Assembly (NCBI GenBank): GCA_021295755.1
Contig: JAGWBT010000002.1
Location: forward strand, 7,256 to 71,255
Reading direction: 5' to 3'
DNA length: 64,000 bases
Origin: Candidatus Poribacteria bacterium
GTDB taxonomy: Bacteria > Poribacteria > WGA-4E > PCPOR2b
Part shown: one piece after another, positions 48,514 through 58,238 of the stretch
How positions within the stretch are numbered: the first letter of the stretch is position 1
Layout of the letters: every line of letters begins with the position of its first letter
Program-made: the position numbers and the translations under genes
Notes under the pieces: model-generated
What the model saw: only the letters and a program-made list of their open reading frames with translations
Database searches by the model: none
Told to the model about the DNA's origin: nothing

Positions 48514-50787
48514 ATGACTGCTTATTTTAGTCTTTGGAATCAACTTTCACTATGTAGAATTGCTCAAAATCGAGGATTATTTCCCGCGATAAGATTGGGA
48601 TTCAAAGCAATCTGTTTGACCATCTTTTTGTCATTTCCGCTAATTGTGAGCGCAGATCCCTCCCCGATAGAGTACAAAGCAGAGGCGTACCGGACCTTTC
48701 AAGCCATTGAGATTGATGGCGATCTTACTGAACCTGATTGGCAGAACGCCAAGCGCATTGGTCAGTTTGTCCAGATGGAGCCGGACGAGGGCAAGCCGAT
48801 GACGGAGGCAACAGAGGTTCGCATTCTTTATGATGACAAAAACATCTATTTTGGTTTTACCTGTTTTGACTCGGATATTTCTAAAGTGGCCGCCAACGAG
48901 ATGCGCCGCGACGGCAACCTATGGGACAACGACAATGTCTTTGTACTTTTAGATACCTATAACGACCAGCGGAGCGGGTTTTTCTTCCGTGTCAATCCAT
49001 TGGGGGCAATGGAAGATGTTGCTATAATGGACAATGGAGACAGCCGGAACGAAAACTGGGATGCAGTCTGGGACTGTCGCACAAAAGCTAATGAGAAGTA
49101 CTGGACAGCAGAGATTGGTATTCCGTTCAGTCAACTCCGTTTTGATCGTGGTGATGTAATGACATGGGGCATGAATATGGGACGGAGCCTCATGCGCAAC
49201 CAAGAAGAAGGGATGTGGGCACCGGTTTCCAGAGCACATGGTTGGCGAGCCAGATATCGCACTGCTAATATTGGACGTTTGGTAGGCTTAAAAGGAATTA
49301 CGCCCTCCCGGAATCTCGAGTTGTTGCCTTACGTTTTGCCGGGGGTGAGTCGAATCGAGGTAGATGACGATACGAATGGAGAGCTTGAACTCGGCCTTGA
49401 TGCTAAGTATGGGATTACCTCAAATCTTATCGCGGATCTCACCTTCAACACTGATTTCGCGCAGGTCGAAGCCGATGAGGAACAGGTTAACTTAACCCGT
49501 TTCAGCCTGTTCTTCCCGGAGAAGCGTCCTTTCTTCTTAGAAGGTGCCGGGCTGTTTGATTTCGGTATCCCCCGCACTAGTTTCCGCCGCCCACCGCCAC
49601 TACTCCTCTTTTATAGCCGTCGCATCGGTCTTGCGGAGGGACATGCTGTCCCGATTATCACTGGTGGCAAGATTACCGGTAAAATGGGACCTTACGGCAT
49701 CGGTCTATTAAATGTTTTTACGGATAAATTTCACACTGATGCCTCTGTTACTGACCCTGATGAAATCGTTGATGAGCCGCGTATGAACTACTCGGTATTG
49801 CGCATGAGGCGAGATCTCTTCAGCGGTTCGACTGTTGGATTGATTGCGGTCAATAAACAAAACGCTGACACATACAACCGCGCAGGTGGATTTGACGTTG
49901 CGTATCGTCCTTCCGATAATATCAACTTTCGTGGGCTATGGGCTCGCACGTTTGAAGAGGGCGTGTTCGATCAAAGGGATGCTTTGTACTTTGGGGGTGA
50001 TTGGCGGAATGAGAATTTACGCCTAGAGGGTTCATACATAGATATCGGCGAGAACTTTCAACCCGGAGTTGGATATGTCCGGCGGCAAGATGTCCGCCGC
50101 TTCCGCGGTGAAATGCGATTTACACCTATGCTTGCTAAATTTGGGATTCGTCAAATTTGGGCGGGCCCTGAAGTTGACTTCATCCTCAATCGAGATAATG
50201 AGCTAGCAACCCGAGAGTTTACATATATGAACTGGTTTGAGCTAGAAGGCGGAGGTTGGTTTGGTTTTCAGGCGCAGCGAACCTTTGAACGCCTCGACGA
50301 GGATTTTGAAATTCGAGATGACATCACGATTCCGATCGACGAATATCATTTCAATTCCTTCCGGGTTTCGATTAATACCGATGACTCACAGATGGTGTCT
50401 CTCCAATTAGGAACGAATTTTGGGGGGTTCTTCGATGGGGAAAGGGTCGGTTTTGATATCGGACCGGATTTCAAGCCAAATGGGCACTTCAGTCTTGAGC
50501 CGCGTTTCCAATTTAATCGGGTTACCCTTCCTGCGGGTTCATTCAATGCGAGCATTTTCGGTACGCGTGTAAGCTATTCCTTTTCCACAAGATTCTTTAC
50601 TAAACTGTTTGCCCAATGGAACAGCGATAGCGGTGAGATTTCCGCTAACTTTCTGCTTAACTACATCTACCGCCCCGGCAGCGACTTCTACCTTGTTTTC
50701 AATCAAATCTATGACGGCAGCGGCGCAGGTGCCAAGTTGGAGGAATCCACATTTGTCGGAAAGATGACTTATTGGTGGAACCCGTAA
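48514..50787 (+). CDS. DUF5916-like outer-membrane protein with N-terminal CBM9-like domain (paralog 4)
   Basis: The ATG at 48514 follows GGGAGA. EYKAEAYRTFQAIEIDGDLTEPDWQNA...MTYWWNP. A signal peptide is present. Confidence 0.75.
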   Translation: MTAYFSLWNQLSLCRIAQNRGLFPAIRLGFKAICLTIFLSFPLIVSADPSPIEYKAEAYRTFQAIEIDGDLTEPDWQNAKRIGQFVQMEPDEGKPMTEATEVRILYDDKNIYFGFTCFDSDISKVAANEMRRDGNLWDNDNVFVLLDTYNDQRSGFFFRVNPLGAMEDVAIMDNGDSRNENWDAVWDCRTKANEKYWTAEIGIPFSQLRFDRGDVMTWGMNMGRSLMRNQEEGMWAPVSRAHGWRARYRTANIGRLVGLKGITPSRNLELLPYVLPGVSRIEVDDDTNGELELGLDAKYGITSNLIADLTFNTDFAQVEADEEQVNLTRFSLFFPEKRPFFLEGAGLFDFGIPRTSFRRPPPLLLFYSRRIGLAEGHAVPIITGGKITGKMGPYGIGLLNVFTDKFHTDASVTDPDEIVDEPRMNYSVLRMRRDLFSGSTVGLIAVNKQNADTYNRAGGFDVAYRPSDNINFRGLWARTFEEGVFDQRDALYFGGDWRNENLRLEGSYIDIGENFQPGVGYVRRQDVRRFRGEMRFTPMLAKFGIRQIWAGPEVDFILNRDNELATREFTYMNWFELEGGGWFGFQAQRTFERLDEDFEIRDDITIPIDEYHFNSFRVSINTDDSQMVSLQLGTNFGGFFDGERVGFDIGPDFKPNGHFSLEPRFQFNRVTLPAGSFNASIFGTRVSYSFSTRFFTKLFAQWNSDSGEISANFLLNYIYRPGSDFYLVFNQIYDGSGAGAKLEESTFVGKMTYWWNP

Positions 50788-50959
50788 CGTAAGATTTGGC
50801 CCTTGGTAGACTCTCACGCTCAAACCGACGCATCTCCTCTCGGATCTACAAATTCCTGATACCTCCTCGGCGTATTTTTACGGTTAACAGTTTATGTTGG
50901 CATAGATTGTGCTTGCCTTACAAACCGTATTTTTACGTTTGACGTTTCCGGGGGATACC

Positions 50960-53281
50960 ATGAAACGCTTGATTTCATCATTTTCAGTCTTTTTCGCCGT
51001 CCTTTTCTGTGTAAACAGCTATGCTGAGTTCTCTCACCAATTTCTGTTTGGACATACTGGACGGGCGCTTTCCGTTGCGTTTAGTCTTGATGGAAGGTGG
51101 CTCGCTTCTGGTGGTGCAAATGAAATTCTCATCTGGGAAATCGGTGTCAGTGAACCAATGTATACCCTGACTGGACATACAGGCAAAGTCGAAGACCTCG
51201 CTTTCCGCTCCAACGGCAATCTTGTATCTGCGTCCCTTGATGGAACGGTGCGATTGTGGAATATACAGGCGCAACAAGAGATTCGTGCGTTTGAGGGACA
51301 TGTTGGACAGGTCACGTCTGTGGATTTTAATTCCGATGGGAGCCGCATCGTTTCTGGATCACGAGATCGGACGCTCAAACTGTGGGAAGCGGACACTGGT
51401 GCACTTATAACAACTCTTGAAGGGCATACAGACGTTGTCTGGTCTGTTGCATTTAGTCCAGATGGCGGCATAATCGCCTCCGGATCAGAGGATGGCACTG
51501 TGCGTCTGTGGAATGCCTCTGATGGTTCACAACTTCATAGCTTGACTGGACATATGCAAGGGATTCTTTCTGTTGCATTCCATCCGGACGGTAATCTCAT
51601 CGCGTCGGGGGCTAGGGATGGAACTGTCCGACTGTGGAACATCAATACGGCGGCACCCGGTGACAGGATCGGGGAGACGGAACCGTTTGCGACCTATGAC
51701 CGCCAAGTGATGTCAGTTCGTTTTAATCCTAACGGACGCCTCCTCGCTGTGGGGCTACTAAATTCACCGGCTGACAACACCCTCAAACTGTGGGATGTTT
51801 CTACCCGCTCTGAACTCCAATCTTTCGACACGCAAATCATACACGATCTCTCGTTCAGTCCAACTAGTCCTCAACTAGCAGTCGTAGGGGCAGCCGAGGG
51901 AACGATCATTATCTGGAATTCAAGTCATTTAAGGCCGGTGCTCGTTGAACCACAAGGAGGCAAGTTTGTCAAACCTTCACAAATCAACTTGAAATGGGGA
52001 GCCGTTAAAGATGCAGTCTACTACGATATTGCAATTTCCAGCGATTCAAACTTTATTACTGCGAACACACGATTAATAACTGCTACTGTCAACGAGCTAT
52101 CCTTTGATGCTGAGAACAATATCTCCCACTATTGGTGGCGCGTTCGTACCGGCAGCTTCGGCAGAGTCAGTGATTGGTCTGAGGTCCGGGACTTCCAAGC
52201 CCTAGGTTGTGTGGTGAGGATAGTTCCCTCGGTTCGGCGGATCAATTTAGGAGAGGAGTTTGCGGTTGACGTTTTCGTCGAATCCGTCATCGACTTAAGA
52301 GGGTTTGAGTTCGATTTGCAATGGACCAATCCTGATGCGCTAACGTTTGTGACTGTCACCAAGTTCCGAACTATTTTTGGAGAATCTGGAATTGGACATC
52401 AGCCGACAGAGCCACCAGACCAGATAAATGGGATATACAAAGATGTCAGTGCTGCCATAACAGGCGCTAGCGGAATAACTGGTAGCGGCATCATGTTGGG
52501 CGCTTCATTTCGGGCAAAAGCCGTTGGATTGAGCAAAATTCAGTTGCGAAATCTTATTCTTGTCGACTCAAATGAGGAGCGAATCGATTGTGAAATTCAC
52601 GAGTTAAAAGTGATTGTCGAAGACCCCGTTCAACCGTGGGATGTCAACGTCGATGGGGTTGTGAACATCTTCGATCTTAGCATTGTCGTGCGATCCATAG
52701 GGCAGCCAATTCCGACAGACTTGGATATTTATCCAGATGTCAATGGTGACGGTGTTATCGATATCAACGATTCTGTACTAGTAAGTGCACATTTTGGTGA
52801 ATCCTATCAGACTGATGAAACCCGTGCTGCTCCGCAAGCCGCCGGTGAATCCCTGTACTTAATTCCACCATCGATACGCAAGCAGCTTGAATCAATTTAC
52901 CGCGAACTCTTGTTGATGCCTAACAATTCTCCAGAGTTTATCCGGGCTAGACAGGTTTTGCAATATCTCCTTTTCCCACCGGTCCCGGTGCATAATCAGT
53001 TGCTGCAAAACTATCCTAACCCATTCAATCCAGAAACGTGGATTCCTTTCCACCTTGCTTCAGCCGGTCAGGTCACGATTGGGATCTATGATACTACTGC
53101 GACGCTTATCCGTCAGCTCGACTTGGGATACCTGATGCCCGGACACTATCTGACTCGAGGCAAGGCAGCGTACTGGGATGGAAGGAATGTATATGGTGAG
53201 CCTGTCGCCAGCGGGATCTATTTCTACACACTTTCCACAGCGTCCTTCCATGCAACCCGGAAAATGATTATCGGCAAATAG
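50960..53281 (+). CDS. secreted WD40-repeat protein with dockerin-like repeats and T9SS-type C-terminal sorting domain
   Basis: Signal peptide. At least 7 WD40 repeats (…GHTGRALSVAFS…GTVRLWN…). Dockerin-like calcium-binding repeats (DVNVDGVVNIFD, DVNGDGVIDIND). The C-terminal tail LLQNYPNPFNPETWIPFHL…IGIYD…YWDGRN…ASGIYFY resembles the Por-secretion tail/FlgD-Ig family. Confidence 0.8.
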   Translation: MKRLISSFSVFFAVLFCVNSYAEFSHQFLFGHTGRALSVAFSLDGRWLASGGANEILIWEIGVSEPMYTLTGHTGKVEDLAFRSNGNLVSASLDGTVRLWNIQAQQEIRAFEGHVGQVTSVDFNSDGSRIVSGSRDRTLKLWEADTGALITTLEGHTDVVWSVAFSPDGGIIASGSEDGTVRLWNASDGSQLHSLTGHMQGILSVAFHPDGNLIASGARDGTVRLWNINTAAPGDRIGETEPFATYDRQVMSVRFNPNGRLLAVGLLNSPADNTLKLWDVSTRSELQSFDTQIIHDLSFSPTSPQLAVVGAAEGTIIIWNSSHLRPVLVEPQGGKFVKPSQINLKWGAVKDAVYYDIAISSDSNFITANTRLITATVNELSFDAENNISHYWWRVRTGSFGRVSDWSEVRDFQALGCVVRIVPSVRRINLGEEFAVDVFVESVIDLRGFEFDLQWTNPDALTFVTVTKFRTIFGESGIGHQPTEPPDQINGIYKDVSAAITGASGITGSGIMLGASFRAKAVGLSKIQLRNLILVDSNEERIDCEIHELKVIVEDPVQPWDVNVDGVVNIFDLSIVVRSIGQPIPTDLDIYPDVNGDGVIDINDSVLVSAHFGESYQTDETRAAPQAAGESLYLIPPSIRKQLESIYRELLLMPNNSPEFIRARQVLQYLLFPPVPVHNQLLQNYPNPFNPETWIPFHLASAGQVTIGIYDTTATLIRQLDLGYLMPGHYLTRGKAAYWDGRNVYGEPVASGIYFYTLSTASFHATRKMIIGK

Positions 53282-53294
53282 GAGAAGTATTTCA

Positions 53295-53678
53295 ATGAAG
53301 AACAGGTCTCGTTCTTTATTGCTTGCAGAGCAATATCTCGGTAAGGAGGTCTCAATTATTATGGACAGACCTCTCGGCAGCAACCATCCTAAACACGGTT
53401 TCGTCTATGAGGTCAATTACGGCTATGTTCCCGGAACACAATCCGCTGACGGTGAAGAATTAGATGCATATTATTTAGGGGTCAGCCGACCTCTACGTGT
53501 AGCAGAAGGTAGATGTATTGCCATTATCCATCGGTTGAACGACGACGATGACAAGTTAATTGTTGTTCCTGAAACCCACATAGATTTAACGGACGGCGAA
53601 ATCGCCAAAGCCGTCAACTTTCAAGAACAGTGGTTTGATTGTGAAATTCGTCGGACACGCGCTTCAAGTAACTGTTGA
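53295..53678 (+). CDS. short inorganic pyrophosphatase-like protein
   Basis: VNYGYVPGTQSADGEELDAYYLG and DKLIVVPE match the family I PPase core (NYGFIP…DGDPLDVLV…DDKIIAV). The protein is only 127 aa and lacks the usual N-terminal third. Confidence 0.45.
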   Translation: MKNRSRSLLLAEQYLGKEVSIIMDRPLGSNHPKHGFVYEVNYGYVPGTQSADGEELDAYYLGVSRPLRVAEGRCIAIIHRLNDDDDKLIVVPETHIDLTDGEIAKAVNFQEQWFDCEIRRTRASSNC

Positions 53679-53705
53679 CCAAGACAACAAATGGTAATAA
53701 AGTTA

Positions 53706-54149
53706 GGACTTACGCACATGGTCAAAAAATAGGTTATAATAACGCAAGGTGCTAGGACGGATCATTACATGATTTTTACACATTAGGACTTACGCACTTC
53801 AGAGTTTTGACCTGTAAGGGACCTGACAAATCCCTGACATTTGGCGAGGTTATGGTGCCATTTCAGTGAAAAACGGTTCATAAATATTGTGTATTTGGCA
53901 GTTCAAAAAGCCATCTACACGCACCTTCTGTTGCGTGGTAAAAATCTACAAACGCCCTGAAGCTAGGCCCCATCAGGGTTCAAAGAGACATCCACCAAAG
54001 ATGAACCCCCGATGGGAGGGTGAATTTTTTTCTGGGACCTAACAGGGCCCTGCCAAATTGCCGAATCGTGCCGGTGGGGCATTGAAACGGAACCGAGTAT
54101 CGGGACTAGCCGAAGGGGTTGGATTTTACCGTTCAACTGCGTAAGTCCT
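53706..54149. repeat. MITE-like intergenic repeat element, copy B, bounded by 13-bp terminal inverted repeats
   Basis: TTAGGACTTACGC at 53706-53718 and its exact reverse complement GCGTAAGTCCTAA at 54137-54149. An internal direct copy of the terminal motif lies at 53784-53799. Two blocks are homologous to 3576-3900. It is non-coding (no ORF longer than 60 aa). Confidence 0.5.
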
Positions 54150-54186
54150 AAAAGTAATTAGCATTGTTAGTTTGGATATCTACACA

Positions 54187-57100
54187 ATGAGTGCATTTCT
54201 CTATTTTTTTCAATCTTTTCATCTACGCATCGACTTATTTTCCAAATATAGTTTTCACTTCCCGTTTCGCCTTTCACCTGTCGCGTTCTCTATTATTCTT
54301 TTCCTTCTGGTACCTGACACCACATTTGCCCAGCAAAACTTTCAATGGCGAAATTTCACACGATTCAGCGATAATAATCTAATCAGCAACAATGTGAGAA
54401 CTATCGTTGAGGATCGGTCCGGGCAAATTTGGATAGGAACAGACAGGGGATTAAGCCGTTTAGACGGCTTCTGGCACGAAGCCGGTAGGTCGAATGGGGG
54501 ACCCCAAAGTGCTGATATTTTCAAGGTATTTGAAGACAATATGGGCTTCATTTGGGTTGCGACGGAGGCGGGAGTTTATCGAGGAGTATGGGACAATTCA
54601 CAAGGACAGGTTGATTGGTTACAACATTATACCCAGGGAACGGGATTGATCGGTATCGGTGAGCGTGTTGTGACAATGATCCAACGCCAAAATGGCGAAA
54701 TCTGGGTTGGGACGCCGATTGGGGTCAACTGGTTTGATGGTTCGGCTTGGCACTCTGTGGATAGCGCAGAAGTTGGACAACTCAATCAAGGCGTACAGAT
54801 TATCTATGAAGATAAGGCTGGGGTCCTCTGGTTTGGTCTTTCACAGAGCAACCGTCTCCAAAGTGGAAATCTTATCAGTCGTTTCAATAACGGGGGCTGG
54901 GAAATTTTTAGCGTGAACGATGGCTTACCGAATGGTGATGTGCAGGCGATTTTGGAGGACAGATTCGGCAATCTTTGGATCGGTACAACGGCTGGTGCGG
55001 CGGTTTACGATGGTTCAGCTTGGCATGTTGTAACGGCAGAAGATGGGCTTCTGATCGGAAGCAATGTGCAAGCCATAATGAGCGATGGGGAAGGAACAAT
55101 CTGGATTGGGACCACTGCTGGCATCAGCCAATTTTACCCGCTTGCACAATTTTCCCCAACGGCACTCCGTGATTTAGGACGTTGGCGGCATCTGACCAGA
55201 GCGAACGGTTTGGCAAGCAACAATATTCAAGCCCTGTTTGAAACACGAACCGGCGAGATCTGGGTTGGGACACGCGATAATGGGGTCAATTTTTCAGATC
55301 GATCTTGGACATCGATTACTATAGATGACGGATTAAGTCACAATAGTGTGACAGCGATGCTGAAGGACCGGCGGGGTAGGCTTTGGATCGGAACACGCAG
55401 TGGATTGAGCTACTATACGCAGAATAGGATTGAGTTGGTCACCGAGACACCGGGAAATGAGGTTCGGGCGTTAGCCGAGGATCTTCGGGATCGAATCTGG
55501 GTTGGTACGAACGCTGGTATAGGCATTTTCGATGGAGTATCGTGGGAAGTTTTTCGGATTCCAGATATCAACGTCAATAGTGTTCAATCCATTATTGCCG
55601 ATTCAGTTGGCGATGTTTGGGCTGCTACGGGTTTCTTGCCGACCGATGACCTCCCCGGTTTGGACCGTTATGATGGGCAACAGTGGGAAAGAAATCAATT
55701 TCTGGAAATTGACCGAACAATCGTCGTTATGTTCACAGACTCGCAGGGGCGGCTCTACTTTGGTACGGTTGGCAACGAAGAAGGTGGTAGCGATTTGTGG
55801 GTTTACGATGGACGAAATTTACACAATTTTTACAGCCTGCCTAAACCATTCTCGATTCACACAATTTTAGAGGTGCCTAGCGGCGAAATCTGGGTTGGAA
55901 CAGATACCGGCATCCAGATTTTTGACAAACAGACTTTGAATCTCACTGTTTCGCTGACAACCACCGATAGATTGGCAGATAACCGTGTGCAGGCACTTTA
56001 CCGCGATGGAGATAATCGAATCTGGATCGGAACCGCAGATGGTGTCAGTTTATTCCAAAACGGCCGGTTTGAACGGACACTGACTGCGAATGATGGACTC
56101 AACAGCAACAACATTTCTGCAATCGCCGAAGTGGATGGGCTACTCTGGTTTGGTAGTAGGGATAACGGTGGGTTAAGCATCTTCAGTCCGGAGAAGGCTC
56201 CACCTCGTACAAGAATTACCGATGATAGTCCGCAAAACGGCGAGATTGTTGGAGAGACAAGTGTTGTCTTTAAGTTTGAAGGAGGCGATGCTAGTACGCC
56301 AACTGGGGAACTTCGTTATCTCTACCAACTTGACGATGGACCGCTAATCCCCACTGACGATGAGGGCGAGGATAAACGGGCAGTATTATCAGGTCTCACA
56401 GAGGGACCGCATCGTTTTACGGTTTATGCCATTGATAGGGAAGGCAACCGGGATTTGACGGGGGCAAGCAGGGAGTTTGTGATTGACTCCCTCGCTCCGA
56501 CCGTGATCATTACCGCGCCAAAAGCAAACGCTGTGATTGGCGACGTTTATGAAATCAAAGGTACTGCGACTGATGCAACAGATTTTCTGGATTACCAGAT
56601 CCGTATCTTTCCCGGTGATTCTATTTCAGGTGAATCCCTGCCTCCTTTTGTTTCAACAGCGCCTGTTACAGACGACACACTTTATCGTTGGGATACACGA
56701 ACGGCGGCCGCCGGTTTATACACGATTGAGTTGATAGCGAGGGATACTCCGAATGGTGATTACGATAAGGAACCGCATCTTGCGACTACGTCGGTTACGG
56801 TCGAAGTTGATAGACTCCGCCCGCAGGTCGAAATCCTTTCTCCCGCTGAGAACGAACAGGTGCGACAGAGAATCGAGATCCGTGGCACCGCAGATGACCG
56901 AAATTTCAAGGAATATATCCTTGAATATGGGGCCGGGGAATCTCCTGATACTTGGTTGCCTATCTCCAAACCGCCGGCGTTTTCCAACCCTGTCACCCGT
57001 GATGTACTAGCACTGTGGGATGCACCGAACTTATCAGGACGATATACCTTGCGGTTGATTGTGGAAGATACAGCAGGACATAGAGAAGTTGATCAGGTGC

Positions 57101-57819
57101 ATATATTTTTCAATCCGAATATAGATCGTGAAATCGGTGGCATAGTGGCAAGCCATGACAATCGTGCCAAAATCACTTTTCCGCCGAACAGCTTGCCACG
57201 GACAACTGTTGTGACAATAAATCCGGTGGCAGAGAAATCTTCGCTCCCTGTTTCCCCGATACCCTTTCAGGCTTACGATTTTGCGCCTGAGGATTTACGG
57301 CTACACCAGTTGAAACCGGCGACCCTCCAATTTTCCGTTGAAGATGCAGCACTACTTTCGAGCTCTAAAATAAAAGAGGCCTTGACAATCACTCACTGGG
57401 ATGGCAAAACATGGCGTCCTATTGGTGGGACAATTAATGCACAGCGCGGAACAATCTCAACGGTGGTTTCGGTCCTTGGACGATATGCCATCACAACAAG
57501 ACCTGCTGTAGAAACGGATGAAAACACAATTATCTCCGATTTAACCTGCCAACCACGGGTATTCTCACCTAGCCGGGAATCAACGTGGATCTCATTTCGA
57601 TTGAATCGTCCTGATGATATAACGATTAAAATCTATAATGAAGCCGGACGCTTGCGACGTTTACTAAGAGAATCGGAACCCTTGTCGGTGGGAGGACATG
57701 TTTTCGAGTGGGACGGGCATGATGATGACAACCGGCGGGTCGTCAGCAATTTTTACTTCGTCACCGTTGAGAGCGAGGGAGCGTTGGGGACAAAAGTTGT
57801 TGTAGTACAGAATGATTAA
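54187..57819 (+). CDS. large secreted protein with two-component-regulator-propeller (Reg_prop) repeats, Ig-like domains and C-terminal FlgD-Ig/T9SS-like sorting domain
   Basis: Repeated IWIGT/IWVGT-x-GV/GL-x-x-FDG units (Reg_prop-like). A C-terminal FlgD-Ig-like tail (RVFSPSRESTWISFRLNRPDDITIKIYNEAGRLRRLL…FEWDGHDDDNRRVVSNFYFVTVE). The ORF extends to 54172 with TTG. Confidence 0.8.
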   Translation: MSAFLYFFQSFHLRIDLFSKYSFHFPFRLSPVAFSIILFLLVPDTTFAQQNFQWRNFTRFSDNNLISNNVRTIVEDRSGQIWIGTDRGLSRLDGFWHEAGRSNGGPQSADIFKVFEDNMGFIWVATEAGVYRGVWDNSQGQVDWLQHYTQGTGLIGIGERVVTMIQRQNGEIWVGTPIGVNWFDGSAWHSVDSAEVGQLNQGVQIIYEDKAGVLWFGLSQSNRLQSGNLISRFNNGGWEIFSVNDGLPNGDVQAILEDRFGNLWIGTTAGAAVYDGSAWHVVTAEDGLLIGSNVQAIMSDGEGTIWIGTTAGISQFYPLAQFSPTALRDLGRWRHLTRANGLASNNIQALFETRTGEIWVGTRDNGVNFSDRSWTSITIDDGLSHNSVTAMLKDRRGRLWIGTRSGLSYYTQNRIELVTETPGNEVRALAEDLRDRIWVGTNAGIGIFDGVSWEVFRIPDINVNSVQSIIADSVGDVWAATGFLPTDDLPGLDRYDGQQWERNQFLEIDRTIVVMFTDSQGRLYFGTVGNEEGGSDLWVYDGRNLHNFYSLPKPFSIHTILEVPSGEIWVGTDTGIQIFDKQTLNLTVSLTTTDRLADNRVQALYRDGDNRIWIGTADGVSLFQNGRFERTLTANDGLNSNNISAIAEVDGLLWFGSRDNGGLSIFSPEKAPPRTRITDDSPQNGEIVGETSVVFKFEGGDASTPTGELRYLYQLDDGPLIPTDDEGEDKRAVLSGLTEGPHRFTVYAIDREGNRDLTGASREFVIDSLAPTVIITAPKANAVIGDVYEIKGTATDATDFLDYQIRIFPGDSISGESLPPFVSTAPVTDDTLYRWDTRTAAAGLYTIELIARDTPNGDYDKEPHLATTSVTVEVDRLRPQVEILSPAENEQVRQRIEIRGTADDRNFKEYILEYGAGESPDTWLPISKPPAFSNPVTRDVLALWDAPNLSGRYTLRLIVEDTAGHREVDQVHIFFNPNIDREIGGIVASHDNRAKITFPPNSLPRTTVVTINPVAEKSSLPVSPIPFQAYDFAPEDLRLHQLKPATLQFSVEDAALLSSSKIKEALTITHWDGKTWRPIGGTINAQRGTISTVVSVLGRYAITTRPAVETDENTIISDLTCQPRVFSPSRESTWISFRLNRPDDITIKIYNEAGRLRRLLRESEPLSVGGHVFEWDGHDDDNRRVVSNFYFVTVESEGALGTKVVVVQND

Positions 57820-58238
57820 TGAATGAAGCGTGAAACGTAAGACGTGAGTGAGGGGATTCTGGAAGCTGAAGCAAATGGCTAAAACGGTTAGAAATATGGT
57901 AAAATTATAAAATCAAAGTTGCCGGCTGTCAAAACTTTTCTTGTCACAGGGTAAATTTCTCGCCAGCGGGTACGTGGGGAATTTCTATTGTCATAGATTT
58001 TAGAATTTGCGTCTCGTTACCTATTAACAAAAAATCACTTTAGGGGTAAGTCCTCATCCTTTAGGTTGGGGATACACCCATGCTTTAGCATAGTTTCTTT
58101 CAAGGCTTTAGCCTTGATTCCAATGGTAAAATGTGGTATACATGTGTTGTCTTTCGGTGGGAAGGTATCACGCCACCGCTCGGTGGTGCTTCCCACACCC
58201 TTTGATACAGGATATGAAAGACCGAAAGAACAATCCTC

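Noticed and set aside
37607-50787. High DNA similarity among 37.6-50.8 kb segments considered as dispersed mobile repeats
   Set aside because: The similarity is in-frame and protein-coding with conserved domain architecture across all four copies. This is gene-family paralogy, apart from the local identity tract noted separately, and not an IS/MITE.
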